NCBI GenBank assembly: GCA_038087875.1
Contig: JAXLNO010002060.1
Span: forward strand, 62,001-126,000
Source of the DNA: Malacoraja senta
Taxonomy: Eukaryota
Direction: 5' to 3'
Length of the DNA: 64,000 nt
Below are positions 48,823 through 63,088 of this stretch, piece by piece. Numbering within the stretch: the first letter of the stretch is position 1; each line of letters opens with the position of its first letter. A program made the position numbers and the translations under genes. Under the pieces are notes generated by a model. The model saw only the letters and a program-made list of their open reading frames with translations, had not been told where the DNA came from and made no database searches.

Positions 48823-51800
48823 GGTATGTTACAAAACTTACCTTCAGTCGCGCTGTAATTCTGCCACTGGCCGTGTGCGCGATTTTGGCGCCTTTAAGGG
48901 GGGGCGGGGTTAAAACGCGGGTTTCTCCTCCCTTGTCCTGGTTAATATTTTGTTGGAGTACAAGCCTTGGCTGACAAATCGTTCCTAGTGGCCTTTTGTG
49001 TATTTTTTATTTTTATTAAATCGTCAATGTCAGCGCTAGAGTAATTTTAAAAGCAGCTCCTGAAGCGTCAACGCCGATAACGGGGACGGATTTCACACAC
49101 GGGACAGGTAAACGAAAGTGGTTTCTTTAAATGTATAAAAGTGCTTCTTAAGAAGCCTTTAATTCACATTTTTTCATGCGACACGGTGATTTTATTCCCC
49201 GAATTAACGGCAGTATTTTTCATGCCAATACGGGGTAAATTCACCGCAAATGAACGTTCCAAAAGATCGCGTTCCAGAAATCCTCACTCGCAAGATGATT
49301 TAAATGCCATTAATTTACAGGTATTAAACATTCAATTCCTTCCATTTGGCCTGTAAATTCATGACAATAAGATTTAAAAATTATGTTATGTTGTGAATTA
49401 TTGTGTGAATGTTATTTGGACACTTAGGCTATTTAAAAATGTTAATCTATTCTTAAGAAATTGATAGATGTTTAGATCTAGTAATTGAATTTTGTAATTA
49501 GCTACAATTAGGTAACTAACTAATTATATGCTTTACTTTCATGTCTTCGAAGTAAGATTGTTTCATATTTGTTTCAGAATGCTTCAATCTATAATAACTG
49601 AAAATTTCTTTCAGTTATCATAATTTTTAAGAAAGTTATGGGCTTTTAACTGTCCTCGATCACAGCTTTTGTGTTAAGTCAATGGAAAAGCAATAGGGAA
49701 CTAGATGCTAATTTCTGAGTATGATAATGGCCATAACGTTTTTAATACTGAGGATATGAAAGTGAATTAAGTGTCAAATTAAACTTCTTTTTATGCTTTA
49801 TCTGGTGGGATAAATTGCAGACTTTATTTTTTAAATCTCACATTTAAACCCACATTTCTGAAGGAAGCCAAGGGTTTCCTTCAGAAAAAAACCCACATTT
49901 CTGAAGGAAGCCAAGGGTTTCGACACGAAACTTAATTTGTCCCTCCCCAGCACAGATGCTGCCTGATCCACAGAGTTCCTCCGATAGGTTGTTCTTTGTT
50001 CATATCTTGTAAATGCCATTCGTCATGTTCTTTGCGACGTCTCCATGGAACAGCTTTTAATATTGTCAATTACTATCCGTATTTCTTTGTGATGTCACTA
50101 AATCGAAATATTATCATCCTGACGTAGCACAGAGACTAACTCACTAAAATGCACAACACTTCTCACCACACAGCTCCCTCTCTCAGTCCCATTATGAATC
50201 CATGCATCGCATCCCTATATCAGCTTCATGCAACTGCGGGGAAATCATCTCATAGAAGCCTTTTATGCACCATTGCAAATCGCCGAGCCCGTCTACGTTA
50301 GGCAATGTACACTTGTACATGTATTTTATCTGCACATTAGCTGTAAGCGCAGCGTCAGAACGATGTAACACTATATTCTGCACGCTGGTATTTTGTACAT
50401 CTTTACATTACTTATGTATGGCTTAATTGTATTCATGCATAGTATGATTTGGCTAAATACCACGCAAAGGGGTTTTCACTGTATCTCGTTACCCGTGTCA
50501 ATAATAAACCAATACGTTGTATCTATCGATTGCAGCACCCAGTGTTTAGCAAGGTTTTATTAAAATTTCCTTTTTGCCTTTGGTGAAGAACCATCCTTTT
50601 TTCCACCGCTGAAGACCTCCTGGCGCCAGTACAATATTCTGTCGGCGTGGGGCGTTTCGGCATTTGCAATACTGAGGATAAGGACATATTTCCAAATCAG
50701 AATGGCGGTCAATTTGGATCTTGATCTGCAGGTGCTATTTTTACACTGTAGATTTCAAAGGGAGAACAGCACTAATTGCCCGCTTGGAAAGCGAAAGGGT
50801 GTTGATTCCACCGTCCAGAGAAAAATGATTATAATCTTCCATTCAGTGGCAAAACGTAACACCAGTCCAAATGAGTCGTTTTCCCAGGACATAAGCACCT
50901 GCAGCTTCCAAGTTCACGCGAGTCCTACTGTCTGGTCAAAAAGACGGTGATTCAATTATTATTTGAACAGAGATTGATGGCGGAGGAGTTAGCTTGGTAA
51001 TCTTATTGAATGTCAAGGCAGTTTACATCTTGCCTAATACTACACCTGCAAACAACTTTGCTGACATTCACACATTTCCTAAACATGGAACTCATAGAAA
51101 ACATAGAAAATAGGTGCAGGAGTAGGCCATTCGGCCCTTCGAGCCTGCACCGCCATTCGATATGATCATGCTGATCATCCAACTCAGTATCCCACCCCTC
51201 ATATCTATACCAAAATCTTTGATTTAAATCAGAAAATACAAAAAAATGCGCAGCAGTCGAACGGATGCCTCGCAGCGTCAGAGACCCGGGTTTGATCCCG
51301 ACTACCAATGCTGTCTGTGTGAACGTCGTACGTGGGTTTTCTCCGGGCGCTGGTCGCCACCCACATTCCAAACTCGTGCAGGTTTATAGGTTAATTGCCC
51401 CCTGTAAATTGCCCCTAGTAAGATGTGTAAGGTGCCAAAGTGGGATTGAGTCATCGAATCACACTGCGTTGAAACGGGCTTTTCGGCACAGCATGCCCCA
51501 TCTACATTAGTCCCAACTCCCCACGCTTGGCTCATAACCCTCTAAACCTATCCTATGCATGTACCTGTCCAATTGTCTGTTTATTGTTATGATAGTACCT
51601 GTCTCAACCTCCTCCTCTGGCAGCCCGTTCCATATACCCACCACTCTTTGTGTAAAAATGTTATCCCCAGGTTCCTATTAAATCTCCACACTCACCCACC
51701 TCTCACCGTAAATCTATATCCTCTGGTTCTCGAGTCCCCTATTGTGGGCAAAAAACTCATGCGCATTTACCTGATTGATTGCTCACATAATTTTGTAAAC

Positions 51801-54800
51801 CTCTTTCAGATCACCCCATCCTTTTGCACGCTAAGGAATGAAATCCAGAACCAGGGGCCACAGTTCCAGAACCAAGGATCACAGTTTAAGAATAAGGAGT
51901 AAGCCATTTAGAACGGAGACGATGAAACTTTTTCTCACAGAGAGTGGTGAGTCTGTGGAATTCTCTGCCTCAGAGGGCGGTGGAGGCAGGTTCTCTGGAT
52001 GCTTTCAAGAGAGAGCTAGATAGGGCTCTTAAAAATAGCGGAGTCAGGGGATATGGGGAGAAGGCAGGAACGGGGTACTGATTGGGGATGATCAGCCATG
52101 ATCACATTGAATGGCGGTGCTGGCTCGAAGGATCGAATGGCCTACTCATGCACCTATTGTCTATTGAAATGAGAGCCTTCTCAACCTCACCCTCCCTGAA
52201 CATAGACTCAGTGACTTGCAGAACAGTTCAGCATAGGAACAGGCCCTTGGGCCCACACCTTCTGTTCCGAACGTGATGCCAAGTTGAACTAATCTCCTCC
52301 ACCAACACATGTTCCATATCCATCCTTTCACTGCATATCTATGCATTTCTAAAGACTTCAAATGCCACTATCAAGTCTCCTTGTAAATCTTCTCTGGACT
52401 CTTTCCAGCTGGTGTGTTGAAAACAAATGCATGAAGAATTCAGTGTGTCAGGCAGCATCTGTGGTGGGAATCGACTGACAACGTTTTGAAGTCACCAGTC
52501 TGAACAAGAGTTCCAGCCTGAAATGTCGTTGGTTCATTCCATCCCACAGATGTTGCCTGACCCACTGTGTTCCTCCAACAGTTTTGCTCAACAATCAAAT
52601 ATCTGCAGTTTCTAGTATCCCCAGAGATCTGTTAACTGTTACCATTTAATTGCCCTATTTTATTACATTTTGTATTACATTTCTGTTAAATTATGTTGCA
52701 GTCTTGGAAATGCTTTCACCTCAGCTGCGAACCTGCATTCCTAGTGTACATTGCTACTTTAATCATGCTAAATTATGATCACTGCCATCAAAACACGTCA
52801 TCACTACCACTACAATACTGCTCCCATCTTGCTGCCAAGCAATACCCACCATTTTCTATACAGTCGCCTTAATACTATTTCTTAAATGAATTTGAGACCC
52901 TCTGCACTCTGCTTCAGTGACAGATAATATTAAGTGTAAATTCACAACTATTTATTGTTCTGGGGTGGGTTATTTTGCACCATATAAACAGGCCAAAATA
53001 TTTCTCCTTCCGTATCCCTAAGTTTATTTGATATACGATGATGAATACAAATCAATGGACCATTTAAATGTTTACTGTGCTGATGGAGACCATTCATCCT
53101 ATCAGGCCAATGCCACCTCTCTACTGGAGAAAATCACTTGTTCAACCCCAGCCCTTCGACTGTAGTTTTGCATGTTTTTGCTCACAATTAGTTTATCCAA
53201 TTCTCTCTTTGTGATGAAACATAAATAGGATTTGGATCAATGAACGGAGAAAGAAAATTTCAAGGGTACAAATGACTATCTTTATTACATCAAATTACAA
53301 GACAAAGCATTAAAAAAGCAACAAATCTCATGGCTTTCAGCTCAATGTGTTAAATGATAGAAGCCGTGGCAAATACCATCAAGTCTCACGGTCTTCTGCC
53401 CATTGGAGACTCCTATTTATGATGGCTGGTATAGAGATCTTGCGGCCCAGCCACTGTCCTTCAACGGTTCTGCATTAAATCAAGCACCGAGCTATTCTTG
53501 CATGTCTCGGAGAAAGAAAGGTTTAACTTCTCCTTTAGCTGCACTAAATATCCTTGTAGGCTGCTCCATAATTTCCCAGTTATTCTAAGCGAGCCCTCAA
53601 TCATCTAATTGTTTCCCAAAGCCAGCCTACTTGCTTACCATAAAGTGCAGTTAGCAGAAAATGTCATCATAGGTGAAAACCCTGTTTACCTTTTCCAATG
53701 CACTAAGAGCATAATGGAGCCAATTACACAACATCTACGTGCCATACACTTGAAATTCCAAACGCACGTTGCATATAATTCCTTGTCCGCTCTCAAACCC
53801 TCCAGCAAAGTGATCAGCCTCCCTATCCATTCTTCCCATCAAAGATTGATAATTTTCCAGAGCTCCAAGAACGTAATATGTGATTCACCACCCTCTGACT
53901 AGATTCCTCCTTATCCCTTTCTAAAGATACATCATGTTATTCTGAGAAATTTGTTTGCCAAGACCATGGCATCTGCAGTTTTAGTCTCCTGATCTTAGGA
54001 AGAATGTTCTTGTTATGGAGGGAGTGCTGTGAAGGTTCATCAGATTTCAGGGATGAGAGGACTAATGTATGAAGGGCGATTTGGGCGATTAGTTTTACAT
54101 TGTGATTAAGACCATTCAAAATCAACCACAACATTCTTATGGGTCTGTACAGATTCAAGAGAGTCAAGAGTGTTTTATTGTCATATGTCCCAGATAGTAC
54201 AATGAAATTCTTACTCACTGCAGCACAATGGAATATGTAAACATAGTACATGGTAAACAATATGAAAAATGAGAAAGAGAAAAAAAAATCAGTGTGCACA
54301 TATATATATTTATACACACACACACACACATATATGTGTATATATGTACGTATACATATATTCAAGAGGGAAATCCGGTCAGTTCCGGACCCAGTGGTCA
54401 CAATCTGATGATCAGGCTTCAAGTTGAGATGAAGAGCGATTACTTCTTCCACAGAATGATGAACGTGTGGAATGTTATACCACTGGAAGCAGTTGAACAC
54501 AGATCATTGCATTTATACAAGGAGTTATATGTTATTTGTATGGTCAAAGGATGAGAGAAATAAAAGGATCAAGGTAGAAATTTTAGGTCACAATTGATCA
54601 CATGGAATAATAGTTGAGGCTCAAATGCCTGAATTCCTATTACTTTTATATTCTGCATTTCAACATTTTTGTAGTTATCGTGGCCACATTTGCTCTGCAT
54701 CTAAGAACATGATAACTGGGATGCTTAAAAGGAACTGAGACCCTGGTGCCAATGCCTTTTTGCAGATGCATACATTGGTTTGGTGTTCACAAAGCGAGGA

Positions 54801-57800
54801 CAAATCAGAAATAATTTTCTGAACACGCCATCCATTGCTATTTCAATGTGCTTACCCAAGATACAAAAAAATAATACTGTATTAATCTATATTAAAAAAT
54901 GTTTGGGTAAAATAAACAAAACACAGTCATCGAATGTCCCTGGGTAAGTCGTCCACCCCCTGCCCTCCACCCCTTTGAGAAGTGGCTGAACGGTGATATT
55001 AAAATACATAAAGCTTTTAAATGAATCACTATGGTGAAAACATTTCCACCATAAAATCCAGCAGGGAATTCGACAGAGAATGCTCCCTCTCCTCCCCTCC
55101 CACCCAATACAGGTGAGAATGAGGATCCAGATCAATGAATTGCATTTAGGGGAAGGCTGGGCAAACACAAAAGAGAAAAGAACAGTCGGTTCTACATTGG
55201 AGAATCCAGCATAGACTTGCCAACTATGTTGCAGATCGCATAAGGTGGGAAGAGGGTCATGTGGACTATATGCAGCAGTATTGGCAGGATCGGCAGAGTG
55301 GCCTGTTCCTACACACTTGTCTCCTCTACAACCTTGTATTACTTTGACTGCCAATTCATTTTTGATCATTTTATTCCCATTCATTCTTTAAAAAATACAA
55401 AATCAACTTTGACGTAAGATAACTGTGATTGATGCTGTTGCAAATAAATGGAGGCCTTACATTTTCTTAACAACAATTTAATTTTGCGCCTTGCATATTA
55501 TATCTTTCATATTATATCTTGCACATTCCATATATCTTGCCTTTACTTCGCAACATGAAGCCACTATAAAACAGGGTGCAATCCAATGTGTTTACTTGGA
55601 TTTCATGCCAATCTATTTCCAAAAATCTTATACTCAATGGTCCATTCATCAAGCACATTCTACAGGCAACTATTATTAGGTGAAATCTCAAGAGCAGAAC
55701 TTGTACCAAATGAGCCACATAAAATGAACTTGATCTCTGTACCACCAATCACTGTGGACAATTTTATATTCATATGGATGATAAATTCTTTGCATTAGAT
55801 TAGAAATGTACAAAGTACAATCAAGACTTTTGACATCATCAAATAACCAAGTGTTATGTAACAACATTTATTGGTGCTGTGTCTCAGACTAAATGCAGTG
55901 TTAAAACAACATATATTCTATCCAATAATGACTGTAGCTAATGGAATCTGCAACTAAAAACAGAAGACTGAAAGCATTCAATGGCTCAAGCAAGTTATTG
56001 GGACAAATGATTGATGTCACAAATAGGGTCAAGAACCTGCGCCAGGCCTGTTAGGGAAGAGGATGGATTGCCAATATATAGCAATCAGGGAGGAATAGGA
56101 CAGAGACTGGTAGATCAAACGTAGAACCAGGTGGGAAGAGGATAATGGGTAGATGGAAACAGGTAGGAGAGGAGGAAGAGGTGAACAACAGGAGAATAAA
56201 CTGTTCAAATGAGACAGAGGTTCACTTGCACCTCTTTCAACTTTCTCTACTGCATTCATTGCTCACACTGTGGAGAAACTAGCTTAGATGTCAACCATTT
56301 TGTAGAGCACATCCCTTTGAAGTAAAGATCATCCTGAGATCTGTTGTATCGTATTTAATACCCTTTCCCACTCTCACACTGACCCATCTGTCGTTAACCT
56401 TGGGCACAGAAATTTTAAAGTAAAATATCTGATAATCCCCCTGGGTAACTTACAAGCCGATGGTATGAATATAAAGTTTTCACATTTCAGCTTATCCATA
56501 CCACTGGTGTTCATTTGTTCTCCCACAACCACTCATACACCAACTTTGCTCCATCTGCCCATCATCCCCTCCCCAGCTGATTCCACCTGCCACTTACCAG
56601 CCTCTGCCCCATTCCTCCTTCAAACTGTTAGAATCTTCCCATCCTCTCCTTCAATTCTAATGCAGTGCCTTGCCTTGAAATGTTGGTATATGTCAGTTGC
56701 CTCCACAGATGCTGTTTGACCAAGTACTTCCACTGCCCTTTCTTGAGTCTAAAATTCTTGCTGGAAATAGCCACAAAGTCTTACTCTATCTATAATTGAA
56801 ACCATTTAATTGGAGCTTAGAGAGCTTTCTAAAATCATGAGGGCGATTCATCAGGATTTATTTTACCCAGGGTAGGGTAATCAAGAACCAGCAAAAACAG
56901 GTTTAAGCCGTGTTCAATGCTAATATTTTAGGTGTCGGAGCTGTCAAACAGGGGCATTTCAGATTTTGCTGGGGGGGGGGGGCAAGCTAGTCTCCCTAGA
57001 GGGTCAAACAAGATTATAGCCTATTACTACATCCCAGTGTATAGCTAGTACATTAAAACATATAATACTTAATTTAATTATGACAAAATATTGCACGGTT
57101 GCACTCACTGATTATCATGAAATATAATTATGAAGCAAGTAAAGAAAAATACGGTTATCATGTATTTTTACAGAGGTGCCGGCAAGACACCAACTCGCCC
57201 TGACTATCCCGCAGCTCTGGGCCTTCACACACACACTCACACACACACACTCTCACCCTCACACTCATTTACCTACACATCCACCCACTCACCCACACAC
57301 CAGAGTTCCAGGCTCAGCTCCAGGCCCACAACGACAAAAGATGCACACATCACATGGTCTGACTCTGCTGCATCATAGTGTGTCCCCCTCCTACAGGGAA
57401 CCTCAGTAGTGATGGATCTTCCCCTTACCCCTCTTTTAATCAGGTTACCCCGACCACACATCCGCTAGTTAAAATTCCACGCTGTTTATTTTTTCTTGAA
57501 CAGAGGTGCCGGATCGGTGCTCAGGTGAGCTCCGGCAGCACTGCACCCCTGGGTTTAAGGTGAGGAGGAAGATTTAGTAGGAACCTGAGAGGCAACCTTT
57601 TCTACTAAGAGGTTACTGGGTGTATGGAACGAGCTGCCAGCGAAGGCAGAATAACAACATTGAAAAGACACTTGGACAGGTACATGGATAGAACATGTTG
57701 AGAGGAATGTGGGCCAAATGCTGGCAAATGTGACTAACCTAGATGTAGCATCTTGTTCAGCTTGGAGCATTAGGCTGAAGTACCTACTTCCATGCTATAT

Positions 57801-59837
57801 GGCTCCATGACTCTTTGTTAGATGAACATAAACATGGCAAATGGAGTTTAATAATGGAAAATATGTGCTCATACACTCTGGTAAGAGCAATTCGAAGGAA
57901 GCTATTATCTAAATGGAGTGAGATTGCAAATGAGTGGAGTACAAGAGATTCAAGTGCTTAAAGTGCAAAACAAAAAGCCAGCAGGTAGATGCAGCACACA
58001 ACTCAGAAGGTGATTAGCATTCAAAGGTAGGTTACTATTGTAATTATGGAACATGATGTTGCTAAGGACAAATCAGGATCACTGTGCACAGCTTGGTCCT
58101 CAAATTTAAGAAAGGATATATTAATATTTGATATCAGCTAGAAGAGATTTCTGGAATAAGCAAGTGTTGCCTAACCATGAATGGCTGAAATCACTGGTTC
58201 TGTGTTCCTTGGAGATGATAAGAAACAGAGTTAACCTTATGAATGTATTAAAGAGGCATGATGTGGTGGTGAATTGATGGATAATGCGTGGATATATTCT
58301 AAAAGAACAGGGAATTGTGTCTTATGTGGAATAAGTACAGTAAAGGAGTTGAGGCCTCAGTCATATCAGTTGTTATCAACATATATTGCTAGATAGCTCT
58401 AATTTGTACAAATGCAGGGCAGTCTATTGAGAATTTCTGTCATGTTTGATAAACTTAATTTAACTCTTTCCATTTATTTCAGTTCCTGCATTTTAATCAC
58501 ATCCATGAAATCTTCTACTCAGCGATTGGTTAGCAGTGCACGTTCTGCTTTGGTTGAATATTTTGATAATCTGAGGAGGGAAATTAAATATTAGACAACA
58601 AAGAAATGGCATAGCAGAGAACAGAACTCAGAAAGATGCAACTAGTTTATTCACTTTAACTGTTGATTCATCCCACATAACATCTTCCTTCCAGATATAA
58701 AGGCACAGCGCCAGACACCTGGGTTTGATCCTGACCACGGGTGATGTCTGTACGGAATTTGTACCTTCTCCCTGTGACTGCATAGGTTTTCTCCAGGCGC
58801 TCCAGTTTCCTCCCACATTCCAAAGACAGATGTGCAGGTTTGTATGTTAATTGACGTGTTCCTAGCTTATGTGGGTGATCGTTGGTTGGTGCGGACTCAG
58901 TGGGGCCGAAGTGTCTGTTTCAATGCTCTCTCTCTAAACTAAACAAAAAACTCAATACTCCTTCAAATAGTTTCGTTCACACAAGTTCTATGTTATCTAA
59001 CTTTCGCTTCCACACTAGGATCAAATTACAGAGACCAATTAACCCATAAAACCTGGCATCTTTAGTATGTGTGTGAAAACTGGAGGACAGTGGAAACCCA
59101 TGCGGTCATAGGGAATACATGCAAACTTCACACAGCCGACAAGCGAGGTTAGGATTGAACTGATGTGTATGACGCACTGAGGCAGCAGCTCTATCAGCAG
59201 CGCCACTCTGCCTCAGGTTGCGTCATGTTCAGCACAAACGTTGTTGGACAAAGGACCTGTTCCTCTATTACAGGGGCATTCCCATTCACCATAAAATTCA
59301 GCGAACTCAGCACCATTTGGTCACTGGAAATATTCCCTGCCTGACCATCAGATCCCTCCAGATCAGTCGGACAGACACCAGTTAGGCAGCATCTGCCTGC
59401 AAATGATTCATGTCCCTCAAACCCCTGCATCTCCATGCACCCACGAAGGTGCACCCCAGACGCTACCATCCCTGGCAGTGCTTTCCAGGCACACACCACA
59501 TAGTATGTAATAAAAACTTGCCCTTTTAAAAAAACTGCAGCTTCTACCCTGCACTGAATATAATGCAATAATTTAAATGCCATAGTAGGCATTTAGTTAA
59601 TTGGGATAATTTTAGTCAATTGGGAGGTGTGATTGCAAATCTTGTACAATATCATAAACCAAGTAAAATGTGACAAAGTCAAAATAGCCAGGCACAAAGA
59701 ACAGAATAATCATGAACATCAATAACATGTCAATAACTAGACTCTCCTAGTGGCAGCATGCTGTAAGGTTGCAAACTCGTTTGCTCCCTTAATTTTTAAC
59801 TTCCACTGACCACTCTTTCAATGTTACTGGTGACTAT

Positions 59838-60638
59838 TTGACTTCAAGACACCGTCTAACTGTTCATAAAGTGTTCATAACACTTTTACACGCCTTAATC
59901 GTGAAAAGGATGGAGACAAGAAGGAAAGGAGGATCCCCAAAGAAGGAACTGGGGAAAGCCACAACCACAGCTGCAGCTTCTGATTCCAGCATCATAGAAG
60001 CAATATCAAAAATGAACGATGAATTGAAAAATGAGCTGAAAAATGAAATGAAAACAAGATTTGGCAGTTTGGAAGAAATGGTGAAAGGAGTTTCGACCAA
60101 ATTGAAGGAAGTCCAAGGAAAACTGTCTTTGTTACAAGATGAACTTTGTGAACAAAAGGATCAAATTGATATCTTGTGCACCCTGGGACAGGAGAGAGAT
60201 TTGAAGATTGAAAAATTGGAACGGAGAATGAATGAAAACACTCGAGCACTTCAGCAATACAAGTCTAAAAATATGGACTTAGAAAACAGAAGCCATCGTT
60301 TGAATTTACGAATTGTTGGTTTGCCGGAAGGCCAAGAAGGAGATAATGTTATAAAATATGCTTCTAAAATGATAAAGGAAACATTCAACATTGAGCACAA
60401 TGAAAACCTTCCGTTCCTGGATAAGGCACATAGGATTGGGAAGAGATCCGGTAATAAACCGAGACACTTGATCATTCGGTTTCATTTTTTTCAAATGAAG
60501 GAGAATATTCTCCAGGCAGCAAAAAAGTTTGGTGTGGTTGAATACGAAGGATGTAAGTTTCAGTTTGTCCCTGATTATAGTTACGAGCTTTTGGAAATAA
60601 GAAAGACTTTTTATAATGTAATGTCTGATTTGTATTAG
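59838..60638 (+). pseudogene. L1 ORF1 with a premature stop
   Basis: TAT TAG at 60633-60638, where the left arm has TAT AAG. Confidence 0.88.
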
Positions 60639-62682
60639 AAAAAACTGCGCCCAGCTCTATTATTTCCAGCTAGATTGCGTATTTGGCTTTTCAATGGTAA
60701 CTTTCGATTTTTTAACAGTCCTCAAGACGCCTCCAGCTTTCTGAAGAGCTACGACGAGGAAGGGGAGTAATTGATAGCTGATTAAGTTATAATTGGAGAT
60801 TTACTGTTCCTATTTTGACAACATTTCGTTTGGTAATGATTAAGAATTTAACTGGACGAGTTGTTTTTCTTTTATATATATTCTTTTAAGAATTTCTTTG
60901 TTAATTTGTGTTCCCCTGTCGTTAGACAAACTAAGAGAACGCAGTTCTTGTTTTTCATATCTTGACCTTGAATAATAATAAGCAGCATTCCATGCCAGTC
61001 TGTATTTTTTTTTCTTCTCTCTCAAAGAGATAATAACGAATGTGTTATGACGTGGTGGTTAAATATTATTCTTTTTATCCTGAGCGCTGTTACTGGGAGA
61101 GATGGGATCGGGGAGGGGATTAGGTAGTTTGCTGACTGTCTTTTGGTCAGTTTGGGGTTCTACAGGGGTGGGAGGGGGGAAGGGGGAGGGGTCTTTTGTT
61201 CCCTATTTAGTGATCTCCATTTGTGCAAATTCTGAACTACAAAATTGGCTGAAATGTCGTCACTTCTGGCTCCGCCCTAGATTTTTCTTCTTCCAGTATT
61301 ATGAACTTTTAGGCTTCAAGAAACTAACCCATTACATCCCACATGATTTTTACAAGCAATATGGATAAAGTTCCTTTCATGGAATGTGAATGGCTTGAAC
61401 CATCCCATTAAGAGGATTTAAAAAAAAAAGTTCTTCACAGACTAAATGCTCAGATTATCTTTGTTCAGGAAACTCATGTAAGGCAAGATGACAAGTCACG
61501 ATTTTTCAAGTTTTGGAGAGGACAGCAGTTTCATTCAAATTCACAGGCTAAGGTGAAAGGAGTCTCTATTTTTATCGACCCCTCAATTCCGTTTGTTCAC
61601 CATGAAACAATTTCTGATCCATATGGCAGATTCTTGGTGATTACCAGTCTCCTTTATAGGCAAAAAGTCGCAATGGTGAATGTCTATGCACCAAATATTG
61701 ATCACCCTGAGTTTTTTAAACAGTTAATTGCATCCTTTCCTAATTTAAATGAACACTTTTTAATAATGGGTGGAGACTTCAATTGCTGTTTGAATCCCTC
61801 GATTGATAGGTCTACATCTGATCATGTGCTTCCAAATAAATCAGCTAATTTTATTAATTCTTTTTTACTTGACTCGGGAATGTTAGAAATTTGGAGATTC
61901 TTACACGCAAATGACAAAGAATTTTCATTTTTCTCTCATGTATATCATAGTTATTCTAGGATCGACTATTTATACTAGATTCTCGGCTAGTTCCATCGGT
62001 CATTGCATGCGAGTATGATGCAATTGCTATTTCTGATCATGCACCAGTGAAACTATTGATCAAACTACCTGATTCCAAGTTTAGTGCTAAACAATGGCGA
62101 TTTAATGCTACTTTGCTCCAAGACTTAAACTTTATTAAGTTTATGAAAGATCAGATTGCTTTTTACTTCTTGACAAACTCTAATGAAGAAATATCCAATG
62201 GTATAGTTTGGGATGCTTTTAAGGCATATATTCGTGGACAAATTATTTCATACTCCGCGGGATTAAAAAAACAAGCACAAAAAGAAATACGCACATTGGC
62301 TGACGAGATTAAAGAAATTGATAAAAAATATTCAAAAGCTCCTAGTTTAGAGCTCTATAAGAATATAGTTGAACTTCAATTGAGTTATGATTTGTTATTA
62401 GTATCACCGATTGAGAACCAGTTACTTAAAAACAAAAGTTAATTTTATATAAATGGCGCAGAATCTGGTAAATTACTTGCTAATCAATTGAAAGCAGTGT
62501 CGGCCAAGCGTCAGATTACTAAAGTGAGTAAACGGGATGGTACAGTAACTGTAGACCATGACGAAATTAATAAATCCTTTCAGGAATTTTATACCTCCCT
62601 ATACCAATCAAATTTTCCTACTGATTCCAATATAATGCATGAGTTTTTAAAGAAACTGAACTTACCAAATTTACCATACAAT

Positions 62683-63088
62683 AATAATAATAATAATAAT
62701 AACTTTTATTTACGGGCGCCTTATACCAAAGTCTCAAGGACACCTTACAGAGTTTAACAAATAAGAAACATATAATCGGAGTAAAATAAATTATAAAGAC
62801 CTCACCAATACACAAATTAAAGACAGAATTCGATCCAAAGACACAACAAAAAAAACAAAAATCAGAAACACAATGTGAAGAGAGAGCAGCGGCAGCTAAA
62901 CCGTGCCAGCGTCCACTCTCCCTTCCGACCGCGATCTTGGACACAGACTAAAAATAGACACTACATACAAAAATCATCCCCCCACAATGGTTACCAGAAG
63001 GCACAATGTCCAGTCCCCATCCCCAGATCTCCCCCAGTCAGGCCTATTGAGGCCTCCGCTATTGCCTCTACGGAGGCCAGATGTTCCT
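62683..63088 (-). mobile_element. ~406-bp retroposon with L2-type 3' end and (TTA)n tail; right arm only
   Basis: Minus-strand end 'CTGTAAGGTGTCCTTGAG...AAGGCGCCCGTAAATAAAAG(TTA)n'. It interrupts L1 ORF2, which is contiguous in the left arm (~16900). No TSD seen. Confidence 0.75.
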
